Below, piece by piece: positions 1-8,624 of a DNA stretch of 45,902 nucleotides. The notes below the pieces were generated by a model. It made no database searches, was not told where the DNA came from, and saw only the letters and a program-made list of their open reading frames with translations. Made by a program: the position numbers and the translations under genes. Numbering within the stretch: the stretch's first letter is position 1; each line of letters opens with the position of its first letter. The DNA is taken from IMG/VR virus record IMGVR_UViG_3300041402_000369, positions 1-45,902 of that record, one strand, 5' to 3'. The stretch is from a virus. Its lineage: Duplodnaviria; Caudoviricetes.

Positions 1-200
1 GTTGTTTAGACTATGCCCTGTGTAAGGGTGGGGGCCGTCCACAGTACCTTAGCACCCCCTACCCCCATACGTTGCCCCGTTCTATGTGTTTGATTGATTG
101 GTAATGTCTAGGTATGATGTGATACTGAATCACGCTTACAATGCAATCTGATTCGTTCTTAGTTGAGTGACATTTATTTTAAGCTTTTTAAATATTTTAT

Positions 201-228
201 TTGACATGCTTGTTTAGCGTGGTATAGT
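201..228 (+). promoter_or_regulatory. sigma70-type promoter for ORF 274
   Basis: TTGACA (201-206), 16 bp, then TATAGT (223-228) with an extended-10 TG; AAGGAG SD before ATG 274. Confidence 0.7.
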
Positions 229-273
229 GGTGTTTAACAGATTAATTATTAATTAACACGAAGGAGAAATGTC

Positions 274-561
274 ATGCAAGAAGTTCAAATTTTTGTATCA
301 CGTAATAAAGATATTAGGGCTGCGATTATCGTGATGCTTGAGCAAAAGAGCGGAGTTAAGTATTCGCCAAGCCAAGATTGCAGCCATGGACGATGGCTCA
401 AGAATGACGGTGCTATCTTGTGGGTTGGCGATAAGGTTAGCCATAGAGATGAAATCACTATTGCCCAACTTGAATCTATGCCGGACCACCAGCCGACCAA
501 AGAAATGACCATCTCAGAGATCAGTAAAGAACTTGGCTACGATGTGAAAATAGTAAAATAA
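274..561 (+). CDS. hypothetical phage protein, independently transcribed
   Basis: 95-aa ORF with SD, own promoter and terminator; C-terminal KEMTISEISKELGYDVKIVK is a common phage small-protein ending. Confidence 0.75.
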   Translation: MQEVQIFVSRNKDIRAAIIVMLEQKSGVKYSPSQDCSHGRWLKNDGAILWVGDKVSHRDEITIAQLESMPDHQPTKEMTISEISKELGYDVKIVK

Positions 562-573
562 TTACCACCAACG

Positions 574-595
574 GCCCCGGCTACCACAGCGGGGC
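574..595. terminator. hairpin between convergent genes
   Basis: GCCCCG-GCTACCACAG-CGGGGC inverted repeat between the stops at 561 and 595. Confidence 0.6.
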
Positions 596-1341
596 TACTT
601 CCGACGCTTCAAGATAAAATCAACTTCCTTTTTCCATATCTTCATAAGGTTTCTCTGGCTGGCAACTTCATCAACAGCCTTGGTCATCCACTTGATCCGC
701 TTGGTGCGCTTGGCGTTTCTATCCTGAAATGGATTGACTAATTCAAGGCGCTTCTTGTTCCCCAATCGCCATACACCAGGGGGCATGTTACCCATTGGCC
801 CAGACTTAATGCCACGAGGTATGATAAATGGCTGACGACCAATAGCTCCAGACTTAACCATACGCAGCATAGCAGCTACCCTGGCACGTTTAGTCTTTAA
901 GCCCTTACCACGCACCATGCGATGCCTGAACATCTTGCCCAGCTTATCCATACGGACCGGACCAGCTACTTGCCTTGATTCATTGCCACCACGAGAGGCC
1001 ATAGTAGGCACACGTCTCTTTTTAGTCCTCTTGCCTGTCTCAAGCTCTTTAAATCCTGTTGACCTGCCTTGACGTGAAATATCAATACTTCCCATCTCTG
1101 CGACTATAGCGTTGAGCGGCCTGCCGTGTTTGGCTTTATCGACCCGCATGGATCGTTTGACGAATGATTTATTCCGGGTATGGGTATTTTTCTCGATGTT
1201 CTTGATCGCTTGGAGTCTAGATTTAAACGCCGTGGTGTTGATCACGTTGGTCGCAGCTCTAACGAATTCTTTAGGAGCGCGCTTGTACCACTTGCCGAGG
1301 TTCACTAGGTCTGGGCTGCTGAATTGGAATATATCTGCCAT
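595..1341 (-). CDS. lambda gpZ-like tail completion / minor tail protein
   Basis: basic 248-aa ORF with the N-terminal pattern 'P..F.RA....IN.TAF' typical of gpZ-like proteins. Confidence 0.55.
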   Translation of the reverse strand: MADIFQFSSPDLVNLGKWYKRAPKEFVRAATNVINTTAFKSRLQAIKNIEKNTHTRNKSFVKRSMRVDKAKHGRPLNAIVAEMGSIDISRQGRSTGFKELETGKRTKKRRVPTMASRGGNESRQVAGPVRMDKLGKMFRHRMVRGKGLKTKRARVAAMLRMVKSGAIGRQPFIIPRGIKSGPMGNMPPGVWRLGNKKRLELVNPFQDRNAKRTKRIKWMTKAVDEVASQRNLMKIWKKEVDFILKRRK

Positions 1342-1347
1342 GTGGGG

Positions 1348-1376
1348 ATTATAGCGTTGTTGGGCGATAATGTAAA
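1348..1376 (-). promoter_or_regulatory. sigma70 promoter, probably giving a leaderless gpZ-like mRNA
   Basis: minus strand TTTACA-17 bp-TATAAT, then 6 nt to ATG 1341; no SD. Confidence 0.7.
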
Positions 1377-1489
1377 TATAGCCTTGCTGTTAGGCAAGAT
1401 ATGTAACAATATCAACGCTTTACGCCATAAATTATTTTTCTGAAACGTGACATAAGCACAAAAATAAGCAAAAAAAGTCAATGAAACCA

Positions 1490-1543
1490 ACTACCTATAC
1501 TACTACTACTACTACTAATTATTAATTATTATTATTATTATTA
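1490..1543. repeat. (TAC)n then (TTA)n microsatellite in an AT-rich noncoding region
   Basis: tactactactactactactaattattaattattattattattattag seen directly. Confidence 0.9.
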
Positions 1544-1748
1544 GAGCACTAACCTTTATCGTATTACTTATTTATTTATATAACATGTTTTCTTTTTAGG
1601 CCTCTTGTGTCTGGCGGGAAAACATAATTTTAATAATTTCTGTGTTTTAATTCACAATAACAATAAGATATTCAATTATATGGGCCATAATTAGTGATAA
1701 TTAACCCCCTGATTTGATAAGCAATCAAGAATTTTATTTAAATAAGTG

Positions 1749-1777
1749 TTGACTTGGCTTACTTATTTATTTATTGT
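1749..1777 (+). promoter_or_regulatory. early-operon sigma70 promoter
   Basis: TTGACT-17 bp-TATTGT, AT-rich upstream, ahead of the ORF at 1825. Confidence 0.55.
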
Positions 1778-1824
1778 GTTGGTATTGGTTTATTTAAATA
1801 ACTTTCAACTTGAGGGTAATCGAA

Positions 1825-2016
1825 ATGGCAAAGATTTTAACAGTTTCATTAAATGAGGAAGCGGAGAAGCTTTGGACTAAGGTGAAAAAGACCGGAATTG
1901 GTCCAAGCAGGTTCATGCGTGAGGCTTTGGGTTTTTACGTTGAAAAGGGCACATTTAATCTTGATGAAAACGGGAAGCCGGTAGTGGTTGAAGAGAATAA
2001 GAACCCGGTTATTTGA
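1825..2016 (+). CDS. ribbon-helix-helix (CopG/Arc-like) regulator
   Basis: ILTVSL strand, helix, then G..PSRFMREAL helix; ATG 1825 with GAGGG SD. Confidence 0.6.
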   Translation: MAKILTVSLNEEAEKLWTKVKKTGIGPSRFMREALGFYVEKGTFNLDENGKPVVVEENKNPVI

Positions 2017-2032
2017 TTGAAGGAGATCAGTT

Positions 2033-2377
2033 ATGAAACCAATGAGAATTGCCACTTTATATCTCGGCACTGGCGACAATGGATTTAAAACCAATATCGG
2101 CGCTATTGGTGAAACAGATAAGGAAACAATGGGTCTGTTTGAATCTGCTAAGAAAATATCTGTATCAGTTGAGACAGCCGTATTCTTGATGGATCTGTAC
2201 AACAACGACGGATTTATAGTTGATACTATAGGTCTGACCGGAGAAGGATACACAAGAATAACCGGAGAGAAGGTGCTGTCCGAATCTGAATATCGCGAGA
2301 TAGATAAAAATTATTGGCAACAAGCCAAGGATTTAGCCGCTGGAATCAGGAATGGTTCTATTTCTCTAGACCACTAA
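2033..2377 (+). CDS. hypothetical protein
   Basis: 114-aa ORF, AAGGAG SD. Confidence 0.7.
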   Translation: MKPMRIATLYLGTGDNGFKTNIGAIGETDKETMGLFESAKKISVSVETAVFLMDLYNNDGFIVDTIGLTGEGYTRITGEKVLSESEYREIDKNYWQQAKDLAAGIRNGSISLDH

Positions 2378-2401
2378 TCACCCCCACAGGGAGAGCATGA
2401 T

Positions 2402-2773
2402 ATGAGTAAGCATAAGTTTACGACGGGGCCGTGGAAAACGTGCCATAATGGGAAATGCAGGTGTAAGCAGATATGGTCGGAAACGGCAGACCACCCCGTC
2501 GCCACGATTGAAGCCGGAGAATGGGGCGACACATACCCGGCCATTAGTAAAGAGGGTAAGGCTGTTATTGAGTCAATACCATACGGTGAAATATCTGAAG
2601 AAACAGCCGAAGCCAACGCCAACCTAATAGCCGCCGCGCCTGAATTACTGGAGGCGTTAGAGAGATGTGAGGTGTTGGTCCGCTTAAGAATTGAAAACGA
2701 CATCGACGACGAAACTACCGCCGGGCATATGGCTCGCGCCGCAATCGCCAAAGCCAAAGGTGAAGTAAAATGA
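2402..2773 (+). CDS. conserved phage hypothetical (T.GPW...EANA.LIAAAPELLEAL family)
   Basis: characteristic N- and C-terminal motifs. Confidence 0.75.
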   Translation: MSKHKFTTGPWKTCHNGKCRCKQIWSETADHPVATIEAGEWGDTYPAISKEGKAVIESIPYGEISEETAEANANLIAAAPELLEALERCEVLVRLRIENDIDDETTAGHMARAAIAKAKGEVK

Positions 2774-3099
2774 AAAAACCAGACCTGATATGGCTAGAGA
2801 ATAAGAGGCCAAGTTTCGCATCACCGACCGGCTGTGAATTCTACACGTCAACAAACAAGAAGCTGTCAGATAATGACACCGAATACATCCGAGCCTCACT
2901 ATTAAAAGATGATAAATGGCTGGCTGATAATGGGTTGATGCGGGTTAAGCCCGTTAAATATGGTTGCTACTGTGATGGATCTGACAGTGATTATACATAT
3001 AATGACTGTGTGATAGATTCCGGTGACTACGAGCAATGCGTTTATGCCCGCACGGAAATGGCAAAAGAAGACTGCGAACATTGGCGTGAATTACCATGA
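2770..3099 (+). CDS. Cys-rich hypothetical protein
   Basis: 109-aa ORF coupled to both neighbours. Confidence 0.65.
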   Translation: MKKPDLIWLENKRPSFASPTGCEFYTSTNKKLSDNDTEYIRASLLKDDKWLADNGLMRVKPVKYGCYCDGSDSDYTYNDCVIDSGDYEQCVYARTEMAKEDCEHWRELP

Positions 3100-3232
3100 C
3101 CTGCCACTGCGCCACCTATAAAAAATTCATCCAAGCAATGGCCGCTGAGTTCGCCAAATACGGCCAGAATAAAACCGCTACATATTATAAACAGCAGTGC
3201 GATAAGGTGCTGGAGGAGACGGAGGAGAAATA

Positions 3233-3571
3233 ATGTCCGAACGAGATAAGTTTTTAAACGAGGCTATGGGTGAATGCTGGCATGTGGCAGGGCACCCGCT
3301 GTATGTTTGTAAATGTATGAAAGGCTGTGGTACGATACTTAACTCGCCAGCTTCAAAGCCTGTAAATCTTGAACTCTCAACGTGGCAAGGATTCGGGAAA
3401 CTCTGGGAATGGGCGATTGATCAGGAATGGTGGTGTGAGTTTGAATTCTCAAGGCCTGTAAATCCAGACCAATCTGATATTTTCGGCGGCACATTACAAG
3501 AAATACTACAGTCGTTAATCAACCCAGACCGATTCGCAACCGCAGTCTACGAATATCTCAAGGAGAAATAA
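3233..3571 (+). CDS. hypothetical protein
   Basis: 112-aa ORF with GGAG SD; preceded by a 45-aa ORF at 3096-3233. Confidence 0.65.
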   Translation: MSERDKFLNEAMGECWHVAGHPLYVCKCMKGCGTILNSPASKPVNLELSTWQGFGKLWEWAIDQEWWCEFEFSRPVNPDQSDIFGGTLQEILQSLINPDRFATAVYEYLKEK

Positions 3572-3573
3572 AA

Positions 3574-3765
3574 ATGTGTGATAAAGCCACAAGAGGATTT
3601 ACCATCAATATTGACAGCGACCCAGAATTAAGGGCAATGGATTTTCTGTCTCAAGTTATGGATGATCTGATCACCAACCACACTAACATGGGTATTGATG
3701 GCGATGTCGAGGATTCGTTTAACCGTATAACCAAATGGTTTGCGGATAAATACCACCGCGATTAA
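3574..3765 (+). CDS. hypothetical protein
   Basis: 63-aa ORF, AAGGAG SD. Confidence 0.6.
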   Translation: MCDKATRGFTINIDSDPELRAMDFLSQVMDDLITNHTNMGIDGDVEDSFNRITKWFADKYHRD

Positions 3766-3852
3766 TTAAAATAAACAAATCTATTGACAGCTAAACAATC
3801 ACCCTGTAACCTGACCAACGTACCTTGAAATTTAACCCCACAGGTGAATAAA

Positions 3853-4215
3853 ATGACTGAGTATATCGAGACAAGGCCGGAAGCAATCGAGGCGATTCAT
3901 AAGAGCATTTCCCACTGGAATGATATTTGTGCCGGGTGCGAGAGTGACTATAGCGCCAGCGGCTGTTATCTCTGCCTTGAATATTTGGAAGTACCCCTGA
4001 GCTGGCTGCCAGAATCATTATTCAGGTGCTTCGGCTGTCCAGTCAAGAAGTCGGGGAACAATTGTTATAATAAAAAATCTACTTGGGCAAAGTATCGAAA
4101 CGTGGCCTCGTATCATGGATATTGCGAGCATAGTTCAGCCAACGAAGCAGAAGCCATGCTAGAAGCCCTGGTAATGCTTCTCCCAGAATCAGAACGCGTT
4201 GTCTACGGTGGATAA
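3853..4215 (+). CDS. Cys-rich hypothetical protein
   Basis: ATG 3853 after AGGTGA SD; TTGACA-17 bp-TAACCT promoter at 3784-3812. Confidence 0.65.
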   Translation: MTEYIETRPEAIEAIHKSISHWNDICAGCESDYSASGCYLCLEYLEVPLSWLPESLFRCFGCPVKKSGNNCYNKKSTWAKYRNVASYHGYCEHSSANEAEAMLEALVMLLPESERVVYGG

Positions 4216-4216
4216 C

Positions 4217-4543
4217 ATGCCAACCAAATCAATGAACATGATCAATCACCGCCCAACCTTTAATCTTCTGGCCGCTATAATCAACTCAGCCGTCAAAGAC
4301 TTTAACGTGGGCGGTAAGCCACAGAGACAATCGGCGGCGGCATTTTTCAGGTCAGAGCGTTGCGCCTGGATGCTAAAAGCTGTCAATGCCACAGTGAGCG
4401 ATTTAGTTGAAAACCGGCTTAATGGTAATCCGTTTGATCTGGATTCACTGAAATCCAAAAAGCATAAAATGAAAGCCTATAAGCCGGGGAAAAATATTAA
4501 ATGGGATGGCCGAGAGATGACCGTCGCGGAATGGGCCGGGTAG
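4217..4543 (+). CDS. phage protein with a C-terminal HTH-like motif interrupted by TAG (frame stays open to 4618)
   Basis: LLAAIINSAVKD...AAAFFRS phage motif, then IKWDGREMTVAEWAG*IGIELGAFKERL. Confidence 0.6.
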   Translation: MPTKSMNMINHRPTFNLLAAIINSAVKDFNVGGKPQRQSAAAFFRSERCAWMLKAVNATVSDLVENRLNGNPFDLDSLKSKKHKMKAYKPGKNIKWDGREMTVAEWAG

Positions 4544-4625
4544 ATCGGTATTGAATTAGGTGCGTTTAAAGAGCGTTTAGCCAAGAAAGGCGTTTGCGCT
4601 GAGATATTTGAGGTTTAGAGTGTAT

Positions 4626-4752
4626 GGAGATGGTGGTGGAATTGGTAGACACAGCCGTAGGGAATCCAGTTTTAATCTGGAGCTAATTCTTTTGGCAGGG
4701 GGCGAACGAAAGATATCGTCATCCCGTGCGGGTTCGAGTCCCGCCCATCTCC
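4626..4752 (+). tRNA. atypical tRNA-like RNA (Leu-type D arm, elongated anticodon arm, UUA in the loop)
   Basis: acceptor GGAGATGG/CCATCTCC; D arm GTG-GAATTGGTAGA-CAC; T arm GCGGG-TTCGAGT-CCCGC; about 74 nt between D and T arms; no encoded CCA. Confidence 0.75.
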
Positions 4753-4784
4753 TCACAATTTAATTAACACAGGAGGATTAAAAA

Positions 4785-5039
4785 ATGAAGTACAAAAATG
4801 TAACGGTAATTGAATATTTTTTTGTTAGCTTGTGGGGAATGGTCGGAATATTAAACGGCGCAACAGGCAACAGCGTGGCTGCTGTTTTCGTAATAGTAAT
4901 TCTAGTTCAATGCCTTAAAGAGCAATCGTCAGAAGACCTCATGGGGGCGCAACGCAACTATATTAAAACCCTTGAAAAACATATTGAGTTAACTAAACAG
5001 GAGGCCGACCAGCCATGCCAAGAAAACGAAGAGAAGTAA
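4785..5039 (+). CDS. small membrane protein
   Basis: two hydrophobic segments, AGGAGG SD. Confidence 0.65.
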   Translation: MKYKNVTVIEYFFVSLWGMVGILNGATGNSVAAVFVIVILVQCLKEQSSEDLMGAQRNYIKTLEKHIELTKQEADQPCQENEEK

Positions 5040-5191
5040 TCAACGTATCAATCCACCCGGATAATTTTGATCAGGTCCACGACGTACTGGATGAGATTAA
5101 AGAACGACTGTTGCCAATTTCCGGTACGGTCTGCCGCCTGCTGCTTGAATTTGAAAAGCGCGGTTTTAAGTTTGAGAGTGAGGTGGAGTGA
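5015..5191 (+). CDS. possible RHH-type small DNA-binding protein (58 aa, not in ORF track)
   Basis: MPRKRREVINVSIHPDNFDQV...ISGTVCRLLLEF; AGGAGG SD. Confidence 0.5.
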   Translation: MPRKRREVINVSIHPDNFDQVHDVLDEIKERLLPISGTVCRLLLEFEKRGFKFESEVE

Positions 5192-5249
5192 GCAGGTTGC
5201 ATAGAATAGCTATGCTTATTTGTAATTTTGTAAACTAGGAGGTGGCATT

Positions 5250-5444
5250 ATGGGAACCGAAAAAGATTATCCGCTGACTATTGAGATTCTTTCTGATAAT
5301 CCATGTGGTGCCATGCTGGATAAAGGGCAGATTTGCAAGGCTAGATACTGGTCAGAATCCAACAGTGACTTCCTCGTTTTTGACGATGACACACCTAATG
5401 CTCCGTGGTCAATCTGCAACGAAGAAGCAAAGCTGGTGAAATAA
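5250..5444 (+). CDS. hypothetical protein
   Basis: 64-aa ORF, AGGAGGT SD. Confidence 0.65.
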   Translation: MGTEKDYPLTIEILSDNPCGAMLDKGQICKARYWSESNSDFLVFDDDTPNAPWSICNEEAKLVK

Positions 5445-5445
5445 A

Positions 5446-6450
5446 ATGCCAATCCCCACAGGAATAAGCGGCTCCCGCGCGGCAGCAATACTGGGCCTCA
5501 GTAAATACGCCACGCCTTTCTCGGTATGGCAAGACCTCATGGAGCAACGCCACGGCGAAGGATGGAACGCCAAGCAAGGTTATGCCTATGAGCCATTTGA
5601 GGGTAACACGGCTACCGAGTTCGGCCATGCGTTTGAGGATTCGATAATCAACCTCACGGAGAAAAAGCTTGATCATGTTATTCTCGACCGGGAGGCTGTC
5701 TTCACTGACGGGGGATTTACCACCTGTCACATCGACGGAATAATCAACCGTGACAAATTGTTCGAGGGCAAACACTGTAATTTCCGTGTCTTCGGACTTG
5801 ATTGGGGGGAGCCTGGAACTGACCGGGTACCGACCGCGATACAATGTCAAGTGCAGCACAACTTAATGCTGACCGGTCTGGAATCTGCCGTGGTGTCTGT
5901 CCTGGTAATACCGAAAACAGTTCAGGATTTCGAGGCTGAAGGCTGGCAAGCCCACTACGACACCCTCAACGGCGTTCACTTCCTGAAAAATCACGAGACA
6001 GACCAGATCATCGACCCCCTGACATGGGCCAAGACGTTCGCAGAAATCGGAAATTTTCATGTTTACAAGATCGAGGCAAGGCCGGATACCCAGAAATTAT
6101 TAAAAGAAATGTATTCAGATTTTTGGAGTCGGTATATTATCGGCGACGAGGTGCCTGATGCTGTTGATTATGACGATATTAAAAGTCAGTTTACCGCTCC
6201 GAAGGGGGAATTAGTAGTCACGGATAGCATTAAAGAAATGATTTCTGAATATTCTGGAATCGGTAAGGAAATAGGGGCCAGCGGACATTTAAAGAAACGC
6301 CAGAATTTTCTCAAAACTCAGATATTGAAATACGCCAAAGACGAAACAACAATCATTGACGATGACAGCCAAGAAAGAATAATATTTCTTGATAATTCAG
6401 GTAAACGGCTTGGCACATTTAATGGCGCAACCTTCCGTGCCAGAAAATAA
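5446..6450 (+). CDS. YqaJ-like viral recombinase exonuclease
   Basis: GISGS.AAAILGLS.Y.TP, GH.FE, HIDG, EGK and QVQH motifs; RecT downstream. Confidence 0.9.
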   Translation: MPIPTGISGSRAAAILGLSKYATPFSVWQDLMEQRHGEGWNAKQGYAYEPFEGNTATEFGHAFEDSIINLTEKKLDHVILDREAVFTDGGFTTCHIDGIINRDKLFEGKHCNFRVFGLDWGEPGTDRVPTAIQCQVQHNLMLTGLESAVVSVLVIPKTVQDFEAEGWQAHYDTLNGVHFLKNHETDQIIDPLTWAKTFAEIGNFHVYKIEARPDTQKLLKEMYSDFWSRYIIGDEVPDAVDYDDIKSQFTAPKGELVVTDSIKEMISEYSGIGKEIGASGHLKKRQNFLKTQILKYAKDETTIIDDDSQERIIFLDNSGKRLGTFNGATFRARK

Positions 6451-6454
6451 ACAT

Positions 6455-6483
6455 TTGACATTATAATGTCATTCAATTAAGGT
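6455..6483 (+). promoter_or_regulatory. promoter overlapped by a 16-bp palindromic operator
   Basis: TTGACA (6455)-17 bp-TAAGGT; perfect palindrome TGACATTATAATGTCA at 6456-6471. Confidence 0.65.
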
Positions 6484-6491
6484 ATAGATTA

Positions 6492-6656
6492 ATGGTTAGA
6501 ACACAGATTTACATCACAGAAGAACAACACAGGGAATTAAAAAGGATTTATGCCGAAACAGGGCAAAGAATTACCGAGAGTATCCGTCAAGCAGTTGCCG
6601 CTTATCTGGCTGGCCGGGAAGAAATGCTCAAAGTGCAAAAAGACAAAACCCTCTAA
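6492..6656 (+). CDS. CopG/RHH family regulator (54 aa, not in ORF track)
   Basis: MVRTQIYITEEQHRELKRIYAETGQRITESIRQAVAAYL is a classic RHH signature. Confidence 0.75.
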   Translation: MVRTQIYITEEQHRELKRIYAETGQRITESIRQAVAAYLAGREEMLKVQKDKTL

Positions 6657-7347
6657 TGATTTCCATCGCAACAAAACGACCAAAACCGGACTGCATTCGC
6701 AGTGCAAAGAATGTACATCAAAAGCCACAAAAGTATATCGCGGCAAGCATGTGGAGAGAATCAAGAAGGCAAGGGACGAAAACAGATGGAAGTACGCCGG
6801 AAGATATAAGGAAACAATAAAGAAGTGGAGAAAGAAAAACAAGAAGGAACTGGCCGAGAAGAAAAAAATATACTTTCAGGAAAACAAAGAAATTCTCGGA
6901 GAAAAACATAAGATTTATGTCAGAAAAAACAGGGAAGTAATCGCAGAAAAGCAGAAGGAATGGTCAGAAAAAAACCGAGACAAATTAAACGAATGGAACA
7001 GGAAATATGTTAAGGAAAGAGTTAAATCTGACCCAAACTTTAAAGTTTCAAAGAGAATAAGGTCAAGAATTTCAAATTCAATAAAAAGACAGAAGTCAAC
7101 AAAAACAACAATTGCCACTGAATTATTAGGTTGTTCTATGGATGAATGCAGACACCATCTCGAAAAACAATTTACCGCAGGCATGACATGGGATAACCAC
7201 GGCAAACACGGCTGGCACATTGACCACATAAAACCTTGCGCTTCGTTTGACTTGACTGATATAGAGCAACAAAAACAATGCTTCCACTACACCAATTTGC
7301 AGCCGTTATGGGCTGAAGATAACTTGAAGAAAGGTTGTAATTATTAA
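6550..7347 (+). CDS. HNH homing-type endonuclease with N-terminal Zn finger
   Basis: CSKC...CKEC, Lys-rich repeats, GMTWDNHG..WHIDHIKP...HYTNLQPLWAEDN. Confidence 0.85.
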   Translation: MPKQGKELPRVSVKQLPLIWLAGKKCSKCKKTKPSNDFHRNKTTKTGLHSQCKECTSKATKVYRGKHVERIKKARDENRWKYAGRYKETIKKWRKKNKKELAEKKKIYFQENKEILGEKHKIYVRKNREVIAEKQKEWSEKNRDKLNEWNRKYVKERVKSDPNFKVSKRIRSRISNSIKRQKSTKTTIATELLGCSMDECRHHLEKQFTAGMTWDNHGKHGWHIDHIKPCASFDLTDIEQQKQCFHYTNLQPLWAEDNLKKGCNY

Positions 7348-7369
7348 CCCCCCACAGGGAGAATTAAAA

Positions 7370-7546
7370 ATGGCTAAAGGTATTGCAATATTTTTTGGAT
7401 TCATCATCGCTTATGTGATCGGTATTCTTGTAATGATCCACGGGTGGGGATTGGAACCTCAAAGTTGGTGGATCATTATCGGTGGCGGTGTTTTTATAAA
7501 ACTGATTGTCGAAACAATGACCGCTATTGCCAAGGAAAGCAAATAA
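7370..7546 (+). CDS. small two-TM membrane protein (58 aa, not in ORF track)
   Basis: MAKGIAIFFGFIIAYVIGILVMIHGWGLEPQSWWIIIGGG...; GGGAG SD. Confidence 0.65.
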   Translation: MAKGIAIFFGFIIAYVIGILVMIHGWGLEPQSWWIIIGGGVFIKLIVETMTAIAKESK

Positions 7547-7572
7547 ACCACCAACCCACAGGGAGAAAAACC

Positions 7573-7767
7573 ATGACCCCAACAGAACAGCAGATTCGTA
7601 ATGTCAGGGAGAGGGAGAGACTTAATAAACATATTGTATGTTTATGGCTTCAGATTTCGGAAAAATCTGTTGAGTTTTTGACAGATTCGGACGCCGCAGT
7701 CTTTCAGGTGATCTCTGCCCACCCAGCAATTCAGAGCAAACTTAATACCGAGGAAACCAAACCATGA
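7573..7767 (+). CDS. hypothetical protein
   Basis: ATG 7573 after GGGAG SD; 3' part of track ORF 7444. Confidence 0.6.
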   Translation: MTPTEQQIRNVRERERLNKHIVCLWLQISEKSVEFLTDSDAAVFQVISAHPAIQSKLNTEETKP

Positions 7768-8624
7768 CACAGAAATCACTCGCAGTAATAGAAAAATCAG
7801 CAGCCGACTTTTTAACCGGCCTCAAGGCAACTCTGCCGACATATGCAATCAGGGAATATCGGCCTGAGACTTTCGTAAAATCGGCCATGATCGCCATTGT
7901 CAGTAACGACAAACTGCAAGAGTGCCTAACTAGCAATGAAGGTAAGGCCAGCCTGATTAACGCTATGAGGATGGCGGCGGGCAACGGCTTGAGCTTGAAC
8001 CCCCAAGAGGGTAAAGCGGCACTGATCCCGTACAGTAAGAAAGTCGGCCAGAATAAATGGGTACAGACGGCGCAATATCAAGTGATGAAGAACGGCCTGA
8101 TCGAGTTGGCCCTTGAATCCGGTAAAGTCGAATTTATCACCGCCGATACCGTCCGGGCTGGCGATAATTTCACCTTAACCAAAACCATGAACGGCGATGA
8201 ATACTTTTTCAGTCCTGCCCGTGTTGACCGTGGCGAGATTGACGGATTCTTTGCAGCCGTGAAGATGAAAGACGGCACTTGTCACACGGTTTACATGGCA
8301 AACGATCAGTCCTTGGAGCATAGAGAAAGGTTCAGCAAGAAAACAGCCATGCCGGTCGAGGGTTATGGCCAGAAGACGGCACTGAAACGGTTACTGAATA
8401 ACCTGCATATCAGCCCTGAATTGTCACAGGCGGTTGGGTCAGATAATATCCAAGAGGCTGAATTGCTTGATTATCCTGCCGAGAGTGGAACCGGAGCCGA
8501 AGACCTCGAAGCGGCGTTGAATGATCAGAAAGAATCCGGTCAGGCTGAAGAAGAAGCCCCGCCAGCGGAAGACAAGACCACCAGCCAGCCCGCCAAGACT
8601 GAAAATAAAGACTCGGTGATATGA
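7764..8624 (+). CDS. recT: RecT-family single-strand annealing protein
   Basis: L.ECL...SL..A...A..GLSLNP..G.A.LIPY, AQYQ...GLIELA..SG, KTALKRLL, acidic tail. Confidence 0.9.
   Translation: MTQKSLAVIEKSAADFLTGLKATLPTYAIREYRPETFVKSAMIAIVSNDKLQECLTSNEGKASLINAMRMAAGNGLSLNPQEGKAALIPYSKKVGQNKWVQTAQYQVMKNGLIELALESGKVEFITADTVRAGDNFTLTKTMNGDEYFFSPARVDRGEIDGFFAAVKMKDGTCHTVYMANDQSLEHRERFSKKTAMPVEGYGQKTALKRLLNNLHISPELSQAVGSDNIQEAELLDYPAESGTGAEDLEAALNDQKESGQAEEEAPPAEDKTTSQPAKTENKDSVI

Noticed and set aside
4654-4696. Group I or BHB intron in the tRNA-like gene
   Set aside because: Too short for group I, and removing a single segment does not restore a normal U33-containing anticodon loop with a normal variable arm.
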